Source: Paramoeba atlantica (taxonomy: Eukaryota > Protista > Discosea). Taken from it: DNA of 64,000 bases. Shown here one piece after another: positions 10,916-20,200 of the stretch. Position numbers and translations under genes: made by a program. Under the pieces are notes generated by a model. The model was given only the letters and a program-made list of their open reading frames with translations, did not search any database and was not told where the DNA came from. How positions within the stretch are numbered: position 1 is the first letter of the stretch; every line of letters begins with the position of its first letter. The stretch covers positions 186,001 through 250,000 of the forward strand of contig CDRNVI010000026.1 of assembly GCA_977017575.1 (NCBI GenBank), written 5' to 3'.

Positions 10916-11548
10916 TTGTGGACTCTCCCCTGCATGTCCGGATCCCTCACCTGTCGACGGCTCTCCTCCGCGGACTCAGCCCCCACGTCCTCTCGACGCG
11001 GTCGTGTCCGCGGGGCGACGCTCCCCCACGAGTACGCGCTCGCCCAGTTCATCCAAGGCATTGAAAACCCCCACCCCTCATGGACCCCATCCAACCCCGC
11101 GGAGGAGTGGTCGGGTGTGGAGTGTAATAAAAGGGGGGAAGTGGTGGCGATCCGCTGGGGAGGGCGACGCCTGCGGGGGTGCGTGCAGTGGCGGAGTCTC
11201 CCCCCGACCCTACGAACGCTTTTACTTCCCAGTAATGCGTTGACGGGGACGCTGGAGACGCAGGAACTGCCGCCGGAACTGCAGATTTTTTCCGTGTCGC
11301 AGAATCAGCTCTCGGGGGTTCCGGATATGACAAGGCTACCGGATACTTTGGAGGTGGCGTGTTTGTCGTCCAACCTATTTGAGGGTGAGGTAAAACTGAA
11401 TGCTCTTCCTGGAACGCTCCGAACGCTTGTGATGAGCAATATGAGAAAGCTTCGAGGCGAGGTGTATTATGCCGAGTTACCATGCCCACTTAGAGATTAC
11501 ATTAGCGTTAGTGGGACGTCAATCAGAGTTCTTCCAGAACGAAAATGA
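10916..11548 (+). CDS. Leucine-rich repeat protein (LRRNT-type cap plus 22-aa repeats)
   Basis: RGRVRGATLPHE, WSGVEC...VVAIRW, repeated LPxxLxxLxLxxNxLxG. Start codon uncertain. Confidence 0.85.
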   Translation: MWTLPCMSGSLTCRRLSSADSAPTSSRRGRVRGATLPHEYALAQFIQGIENPHPSWTPSNPAEEWSGVECNKRGEVVAIRWGGRRLRGCVQWRSLPPTLRTLLLPSNALTGTLETQELPPELQIFSVSQNQLSGVPDMTRLPDTLEVACLSSNLFEGEVKLNALPGTLRTLVMSNMRKLRGEVYYAELPCPLRDYISVSGTSIRVLPERK

Positions 11549-11706
11549 GTACGCCTTCCTGATACCCAACAAAGCTGTAAAAGAGTTGTTGTGGATGCGT
11601 AAACTCTGTTTCATAACCGATTCTGCAACTTATTAGCTACTCAATGTACATGTACAAGAGCACACAGAACCGGGTATAAATACTGTTCGTTCCCCCTCAT
11701 CAATAT

Positions 11707-11758
11707 TTACCATCTCACTAATTACCTCCATCTCACTAATTACCTCCATCTCATTAAT
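11707..11758. repeat. 18-bp tandem repeat TACCTCCATCTCACTAAT, about 3 copies
   Basis: Directly visible. Confidence 0.8.
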
Positions 11759-11821
11759 CCATAAGTTGTTATAAAGTAAATATCCGTAAGGTGTTAAAGA
11801 CCATACTTTTTAAACATACAG

Positions 11822-12778
11822 ATGTTTTACTGCATTTGCGCGGGAATTGGAATGCTCATTGGAGTACAACGTAATAGGCTTTTTCTGCAGATGCATTACA
11901 CGAGACTCTCGGAGAGTCCCCCGCACAAACGACGCCGAATCGCAAATTCAGCGTTACCGGAGAATTCTTTATTAACATCGAACATAATACGCGGCAAGGT
12001 ACGTGGGGCTGTCTTGCCACAGGAATATATTCTGGCTCAATTTACACGCAATATGACTTTTGCTGAACACACATGGAAGACAGAAAATCCCGCATGTGGG
12101 TGGGCTGGAGTGCAGTGCCAGAACGGAGAAGACGTCTCAAATATTCAATGGGAAGGACGTTCACTGCGAGGAGTGCCCGAGTGGCGAGAATTAACTCTGC
12201 CGCAGTTGCTTTACCTAGAGCTTGGGACGTATTTTACCGGAAACCAGCTCTCGGGGAATATCACGTGGTCATGGCTTCCCAAATCTCTTTTGGTATTTGT
12301 GGTAGACAACAACGAATTTACAGGAAGCGTTGAAACAAGCTGTCTTCCTTCCGCTCTGCAGACCTTTTCCTTGAATCTTAACCAGTTCGTTGGTACGGTA
12401 AATTTCAGTGGTTTGCCGAAGTCCATTGTACGAGCACAATTTGAAAGCAATAAGTTTACTGGAAGCGTTGCCCTCGAGGCCCTCCCGCTAAATTTACAAT
12501 GTCTCTATGCTGATAGAAATAATTTTTCTGGTACGGTCGATCTTACTCGGCTTCCAATAAACACGCGGTCGATGTACCTGTCTCATAATGCTTTTCACGG
12601 GGAACTTGATCTTACTTTGTTGCCGCTGGACTTACGATTTCTGACGCTGCAGAACAATTCCTTTACGGGAACAGTCGACTTCAGTCACCTTCCTCCCGAT
12701 TTGATCAGTCTCAATTTAGAACATAATCTCCTGACTAGTGTGTCTCCGAACCATATTCCTCAGTGTGTGATCATGTAG
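11822..12778 (+). CDS. Leucine-rich repeat protein
   Basis: RGKVRGAVLPQE, CGWAGVQC, about 8 repeats of LPxxLxxFxLxxNxFxGxVDL. Confidence 0.9.
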   Translation: MFYCICAGIGMLIGVQRNRLFLQMHYTRLSESPPHKRRRIANSALPENSLLTSNIIRGKVRGAVLPQEYILAQFTRNMTFAEHTWKTENPACGWAGVQCQNGEDVSNIQWEGRSLRGVPEWRELTLPQLLYLELGTYFTGNQLSGNITWSWLPKSLLVFVVDNNEFTGSVETSCLPSALQTFSLNLNQFVGTVNFSGLPKSIVRAQFESNKFTGSVALEALPLNLQCLYADRNNFSGTVDLTRLPINTRSMYLSHNAFHGELDLTLLPLDLRFLTLQNNSFTGTVDFSHLPPDLISLNLEHNLLTSVSPNHIPQCVIM

Positions 12779-12974
12779 GCTGCACAAAAGGTAGGCCGAT
12801 TTATCTTCTTTGTTAGATGTGACGGTAGTTCTCAACATGAAATTTATTGCTGGAGTTACTGCAATTGTCGCTTCGCGTTGAAAACTACACCCATTTTTAA
12901 AGATACGATCATTCCGTTTTTAATGCCTTTAGTCTTTTGTTAAATTTGTGCTGTACAAAAAAAAATATCACAGT

Positions 12975-13158
12975 TGTTTGCTGCGTTGCTAGGTGCCCTC
13001 CGGCTGCGCAAAGAGGTGGTGAGCTGCCTGGACCCCCTCTACCGACAGAGTCCATGTCAAACCCCCTTGGCGACATCCCAAGTGGATTCCGTGACGATCA
13101 TATCGGCCATCGCACTACGGATTTAATCTCTGCACCAATGAGCGCATGATCATCAAAC
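12975..13158 (+). mobile_element. 5'-truncated copy of the short SL-headed element (3' part of 46812-47387)
   Basis: Shares CCCTCCGGCTGC..AAAGAGG...ACCGACAGAGTCC...ATCTCTGC.CCA..GAGCGCATGA.CATCAAAC and the same 3' end. Confidence 0.75.
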
Positions 13159-13309
13159 TACGACTTGAAGGCCAATATGTGTCAGCAGGGCAACCTCTAT
13201 GTGCTGCAAGATGTACAGATGTAAGTTAATCTGACCAGATTTAGGTGAATAGTTAGTGAGTACAAGATGAATTTAATAGTTCGTACTTAAATCGTGCAAG
13301 TAGAAGGTG

Positions 13310-13645
13310 GCGTTAGCACATTTACAATGCATATTAACTGCACGTTTATAATGCATACTAAGCGGCACATTCAAATGCATATAGCACATTCACATGCATA
13401 ACAGCACATTCACATGCATAACAGCACATTCACATGCATAACAGCACATTCACATGCATAACAGCACATTCACATGCATACTAAGCGGTACTTTCACTTG
13501 CATAAATCCGGCACATTCACATGCATAACAGTACATTCACATGCATAATGCACGTTCACATGCATACTAAGCGGTACATTCACTTGCATAAATCTGGCAC
13601 ATTCACATGCATATAGCACACTCACATGCATAACAGCACATTCAA
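13310..13645. repeat. About 20-bp satellite (CATGCATAACAGCACATTCA), left arm of an inverted pair
   Basis: Roughly 15 degenerate units; reverse complement of 14165-14335. Confidence 0.85.
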
Positions 13646-14164
13646 ATTAAAAAAAAAATAGGTACAGATTTCAACTTTTTCCAAAAGTTCGTGCGAGGTA
13701 CTATGGGAGCTCACCTTTGCTCCCGGTGAGTCCCCGGAGTTGCGAGAGGCCTCCATACCCCGCAACTACCTCCTTCCCCCAGATAAATGGGGGGAAGATG
13801 GTAGTTGTTTTGGGGGAAATGAGAGGCCGAACACACGGAGGGGCCGGCCGGGCCACAGAGCCACGTGAAAGTGTGACACCCAAAAACTAAACCTAAATAT
13901 TGTTTACCCGTCTGCAAAACAGAACCGTGAAATGCCACGTATAGATTGTTGGCCGAGGTACCTAATAAGTTCACCTTTGCTTCCGGTGAGGCCACGGAGT
14001 TGCGTGAAGGCCTCCATACCCCACAACTACCACCTTCCCCCCCTATTTAGCGGGGGTCGCGCGAGCCTGTAATATCTACACGTTTTTTCTTGTCTACACC
14101 TGAGCCTGAAATATCTACACGTTTTTCGGATTTTGTGATTAAAAGGGAAGAATGAACAAAATTG

Positions 14165-14335
14165 AGAAATATGCATGTGAATGTGCTATGTGCACTATCA
14201 ATGTGCTACATGCATGTGAATGTGCTGTTACGCATGTGAATGTGCCGCTTAGTATGCATTATCAATGTGCAGTAAATATGCATTTGGGTGTGCTATATGC
14301 ATGTGAATGTGCTGTTATGCCTATGAATGTGCTTT
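14165..14335. repeat. Same satellite in inverted orientation (right arm)
   Basis: TGAATGTGCTGTTATGCATG-type units. The variant GAATGTGCCGCTTAGTATGCATTA mirrors 13350-13375. Confidence 0.85.
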
Positions 14336-14370
14336 AACGATAAAGATACAGTTTCTGTACCTTCTTGTTG
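14336..14370 (+). other. Spliced-leader exon-like sequence (3' part), spliced form
   Basis: AACGATAAAGATACAGTTTCTGTACCTTCTTGTTG contains GATACAGTTTCTGTAC, the conserved kinetoplastid SL core. Not followed by GT. Confidence 0.8.
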
Positions 14371-17255
14371 TTTATATTTATGTTTCTTTTATATTCTCTA
14401 TAGAAAATACATGCGTCTGTAGCCCCTAACATGGCAAGCTCAGACGTTCCTACTCGAGCCGCACGTGGTGATAGGCACATCCGTTTACGTCGCACGAACC
14501 GTACAGCTTGGAGCTACTTCCGCAGCATCAAAGCCGCCGCTAACAGTGACGTGGTTCGCGAAATATACAAGAACCCGGATACCGCGCGTGCTTTAATCGC
14601 CAGAGCGTTCGACCAAAACAAGCCGGTCAAGGGCCTTATTATAGAATCTTTCAGTCTACCTCCGCAATATCGGACCCGACGTGCTGGCTCTACCGATCAA
14701 CGGACATACCACCAGACCATGGCCGACATGCACGAACTCCTGTTTGCCCCCACTTATGCCCGCCCGTACACCCTATCACGCGAGCTATCTGCACGTTGGG
14801 ATAGCGCAGGAAGAGCCACTCTGCACGAGTTCGAAGTACAAGTTTGAAGTACACAACTCGGAACCGACGTCCCAGGATATGGTGAGTCCAACGCCACAAA
14901 TGAAGCCCAACAAACGCCAGATACGAACCCCCGCCAGGAATGCGGACACATATGTAGGGATAAACGTAATTGCGCCCACGACTGCTGCAAACGTCATTTG
15001 CAGCCTCTAGATAGCGAACCAACACGAATTGAGACCTCCCAACGCAATTCGGCAACTACGCACCGCTTCCCCCCCACTTGCACGGTCACGCTCCTCCCCT
15101 GGGCCACGCTCTAACCCTCCGGACATAGCTTCCTCTACCCTAAATCAGAACCCTATCACACAAGAGTGCAAGCACGCCTGTAAAGATAAACTTCATTGTT
15201 TACATCCTTGCTGCAAACGCCATCTGCCCATGACCACATCTCACCCGAACCCCGTTGCACAGGAAACGGGAAGTCCCACGGTGCCTCCTTCGCTACCACC
15301 CCCTCTCCCAGTTCCACTGAAGCTAACGCCTGCCCCACGTAAACACGTATGTAAAGACAAACTGCTGTGCGCTCACCTGTGCTGTAAGAGACACTTACAG
15401 ACAACGTCCTCGACTCAATTTGAACGGACAGAGAGTGAATCATTGGGTAATATGCCCCCTCGACGGCTGGTCAGCCGAACAGGACACAGTCAGGACCCTG
15501 TCAACACGACCCGGCGAAGATCCCTCTCATCCGCGGTAAGTTCTGACATTGGTCTGCTTGCACGGACCACATACCGTGCAGCGCAGGAACTGTATCTCCT
15601 TCCTCCACCACCCATAACACAGCAAGGTGAATGCGGACATAAATGTCATAACAAAACAGAGTGTCTCCACTCGTGTTGCAAGCGGCATTTACGACCCCAG
15701 AGCCAGACTGAAACAGAACCAGACATCAGCCACAACCAATCGGAGCGCATTGACAACAACCCTGGACATGCCGAAAACAGTCAACAATCTCCAAATGAAG
15801 AATTACCCGATATAGCGCCTGCTCAACATGGGGAAACGGTAGGGCATAATGAAAGTACACAACCACAAGGAAATACCGAAGTCGATTCCGACAACGCCCA
15901 AAGCTGTAATCACCGCTGCGCGAACAGGTTCACGTGCAAACACGCTTGCTGTAAAAGAAATCTCAACCTTCCTGAATCTAAGAGTGCACTATTGGCTGCG
16001 GCTTCAGGTCTTAGGGGGTCGCGCATGAATCTTAAACTGACCCACGCCGTCTGGGAGTTAGCTGACAAGCTCAGCAATGAACTATTCCAACGATACAAAG
16101 AACAAAATATTTGTAGCGCAACCGCAGCGGAAGACAACATCGCTACCCTCACGGCGTGTATAGTGGTTAGCTGCGCCGTAGCAGCAACCAGAGAACATGG
16201 GGATCGCGGTGTCACAATTCGCTCTACAGCACCCCCTCAACGACTACACCGCCGACCCACATCGAATGAAAATGCTTGCAAGCACCTCCGAACCGAAACG
16301 AAGTTGCTCAGAGGAAAAGAACGCCACGCACCACGCGATACCCGTGTACAATTACATCGACAGGCCCGCAACGCTGAGGTTCTCGTCTCAAAATTCGCCA
16401 ATGAAGCAGAACTTCTAGAAATACGGCGAGAGCAGAAGGAAGCAACCCTGCGCTTCTCGAAAAACGCATGGGCTGCAGCCACGGAAACATTAGAAAGACC
16501 GACTGACACTTCGTCCACACACCCGTACCCAACGTGCGAAACATTTGAGGTCGTAGAACACTTCTCAAAAATACTGCAACCACCTCTCTCTACCGCTAAC
16601 CTACCAGACGAATCACAACTAACCAGCCAAAAGTGAACCCTCAAACCTGGGATGACATAACCCCTCAAGAGGTCACGCGCTTCCCTAGCGCGAAGAAATC
16701 ATCCTCCGCTCCGGTACGAGACGCCATTCAAAACACATCACTGAAAAAGCTGAAGTCGCTGCACGAAGGAATTGCGAAATACTTCAATGACCTATTACGT
16801 TGGAATGTCTGTCCAAAGGAGTGGAAAGCAGCAGTGGTCAAGCTCTTGCACAAGGGGGGGAACCGAATTCTCCGCAGAACTGGCGGCCGATAGCCCTAAC
16901 ATCGTGCCTCGGGAAACTACTACATACAATCATCGCCGCGAGAATAACTGAATACGCCACCACGGAAGGCATTATGGACACAACTATACAGAAAGGCTTC
17001 TTACCAAAGCTAGCCGGGTGTGTTGAACACACCGCTGCACTCAGTCACTGCATCCGGCACCCAAAGAAGAATCGTAAGCCTCTCTGTATGGTTCAATACG
17101 ACCTGGCAAACGCCTTCGGTTCCGTCCCACATGAAATAATTATCGCAGTACTAAAAAGGGCGCATATCGACCCAGTTATTATCCATTACATCCGAAAGCT
17201 CTATGAGAATGCAGAAATACAGCTCAAGCTGGAATCCGGACTTACAGAATCAATC
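14336..17255 (+). mobile_element. Family A RLE non-LTR retrotransposon, copy 2, 5' half (NUMOD1-like domains, four Cys/His motifs, N-terminal RT; frameshifted)
   Basis: ORFs 14431..14847, 14681..15010, 15029..16636, 16633..16893 and 16800.. are collinear with the family B protein. Confidence 0.85.
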
Positions 17256-20200
17256 GTTAACCAATCGTTGAATCCTTTTTCTCTTTTCTACCTCTACTCT
17301 CTCTCTCCCCGGCGCAAGCCCATGACCAGACGTCGGCGTGGCCACCGGGGATCCAAGGATTCCGATACTGGGATTAACACCCCATCATCCTCGACCTCAG
17401 GTAGACCTGCTACCACCCCTCTCAGGCGAGGCTCCAGCCCCCACCCCTCCGTAGAGGTGGAGGGGCTGCGCCAGCTCTCCATCGAGGAGCTGAAGAAGGC
17501 GAGCCCGGACTTGGTCGTCCGGGTCAAGGAGCAGCACAAGTCATGTGCCTGCGACTTCTGTGGCCTCCCTTTCGTGCCAACCAGGCGGGACAACCGCCTG
17601 TGTGAGGAGTGCGTTACCCTGCGCTCTCGGCACAGGAACGACGTTAGAGTGCGTGCCTCGACGCAAGCCTCAGGGACCCCTCCACCCAGTCCCACGTCTT
17701 CCTCTCGATCCTCCCGAGCCAACTCCACAGCCCGCAGGATCCCACGTTCTTCTTCCTCTCGGGGGAGATCCCGGAGCTTTGACCGTACATTTACTACGGT
17801 CGCCCCCACCCCTATCCTGAGGAAAGCAGCCAACGTTTCCTTCGCTCCTCTCCCCACCCCCGACAGTCGGAGCACGTCATACGCCCGCATCTCGACGCCT
17901 GGCCTGGCGACCGCCCCCTCCCCCGATCACGTCGGACGCGATGTACAGCGACGCCCCCGCCCCGACGGAGCGTCCGCTGAAACTCCCCACGCTGGCGCAA
18001 CAATTCAAGGAGATGGACGCTGTGCGCTTCAAACTCCTTCCCTCCCCTTCTAGCTCGGGGCTCCCTCTAGCCCAAACTGGAAGATGATCTGTCTCTCTGC
18101 GTCTCCTCTCGGCCCTACACGCGGAGCACGAGAGGATCTCCCTTGAGGAAATGGAGGCCCGGGCACGCCGTAAGCTGACCCTGGAGGCTGTCAGTGGTCT
18201 GCACGCGGCCCAGAAAGCCATCGAGGATCGCTTTCTTCTGATCAATGCGGGCCATTTGGTCTGCATTGAATGTGGGGTAGCCCAACTCCACCATGTAGCC
18301 CTACAGGCGCACCTAGTAAAGGTGCACGGTCCCAAGTGGCTAAGGAAAGCATATATTGCCCTGCTAAAGGAGCATGCCCCGGAAGCCCTCCTGATCAAAA
18401 CGGAGCGGTACGCCTCCATGATGGCGTACTATGAGGGATTCTGCGCTGAGGAAGCCCGCCTGCGCATGGCCCAGGTCACCACTGTGGCTAAAGGACCTCC
18501 ATGGCCAGTGCCCTCCTTACGCTGCTTCCCTCTCCCCATTCCCAACTCCCCTCCTCCCCCCTCTCCTTTCCCCCCATCTCTACCGGCGGACAGGTCGGGC
18601 GCGTACCCGATACAGGCGAGAGCACCCATTGGGGAAGTCCCGGACAAACCATACGAGCCGGTAGGGGAAGAGGTCCTCAAAATCCTCCTCGACATTGGTG
18701 AGTATGTAGTTAGTATCTGTAGGTACGTGTGAGTTTCTGTAAATTTCTGTGAGTCGCTGTGGGCTGCTGTGAGTATCTGTGAGTAGCTGTGGGTATTTTT
18801 TTCCCTCGGAAGAGCCTGAAAGACGAGAAGAGGCACTCAAAAGATCGGTGGTTAAGGAGGTTAGCATATCCATGCTTTCGAAACAGTAAAAGTAACAAAA
18901 GGTTTGGTCCAAAAGCAATTTAAACAAAGTGAAATTGAAATAGCAAACTGACTGCACCCCAAAAAGAACGGTAATGAAAAGAAGCGGTAATGGAATGTTG
19001 TTAAATGAATATGCAGTATGATGTCGAGAAATAAGCTTTATTTATTTATTTATAGCTACTGAGTATTACTTTCCACGTTTCTTTTCCGAGAGAAGTACGT
19101 AGGTATAGTTGACTGAAACTCCGCGCAAGGACTCCGCGTCGTAGGATTGGGGTACCTTGATGACATGGCCTTGTGCTCCTTGAACTTCTTCACCAACAAT
19201 GCTTTCCCAGCTTCGTTAATAGGTTTATACTTACCCTTTTCTCGATGACGAAGGAACATTTCAACATTCTGAACGATAAGGCAAGAACCAAATGCATAGA
19301 ATAGAGTACAGTTCAGATCTTTGTTCCAATGTTTAAAGGCTGTCCATCGGCCTACCCCATTTGAACTACTGAAAAGGTGCTCTACCCTCGACCGGTAATG
19401 GGCAACCATCTCATTGAATTCGAGTTTTTTGTCAACTTGATCTTCGTAATCTTGCTCTGTTTGACCAAGAAGCCTCTTTAATGGCCATATTTGGGTCTTA
19501 GTAAAAGGACGGATCACTTCTGAGCACCCTTTGAATCCGCCGTCAGCGAGGCACCTTATTTTATGAATTTTAAGAATATCTGTGATTTTCGTGTGCTCAA
19601 GAATGTTGTTGTCAGGGGTGGAACCGGTATAAAGATTTTCGGGGAAGAAACACACATATCCTGAGAATGTGCACCCCACTGCGGCTTTCACGACATGATC
19701 TGCATACTTGGGCTGAAAACACCTATCCGCGGATCTCACATAAATTGGAACGGTGTCAAGAGCGAGAAGAACATCCTTAGAAAAAAAGTCATCCGTTGTA
19801 TTCGCTTCATGTAAGAGAATATCGTCTCGAAAAACTAACCAATTGCCTTGTAGCTCACGGTACAACGTTTCAAAAAATTCAGGAATTTTTGCCCTGCAAG
19901 TGCTTTCAGACCAACCGCGTCCAAATTTTGCGGTTAAGTAGTCTGCAACAGTGTCATAGTGCCCCCCTGTGCGGAGAAACAAAAATGAGGCAAAAATTAA
20001 CTCTTCATCGTAACCAATTTTTCGCAAGTAGTCGTATGTAGCGTGTGTAAGTCCACAAGGAGAGAGTTCTGAGGGCATAAAAAAAGAGAAACAATGGCAG
20101 AAAAGCTATAAATAATACTATGCAGTTGTACCAATTACAATGAACTGTAACTTAAGCTTTATACGCGCAAAATTAATTTGTATCAAAATATTTATAAGTG

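Noticed and set aside
13310-14335. CRISPR-like array
   Set aside because: Units are contiguous degenerate tandem repeats with no unique spacers and no cas genes; context is eukaryotic.
14336-14370. SL RNA gene
   Set aside because: No GT-starting intron, no downstream T-tract terminator and no array; none of the SL-like hits is a gene.
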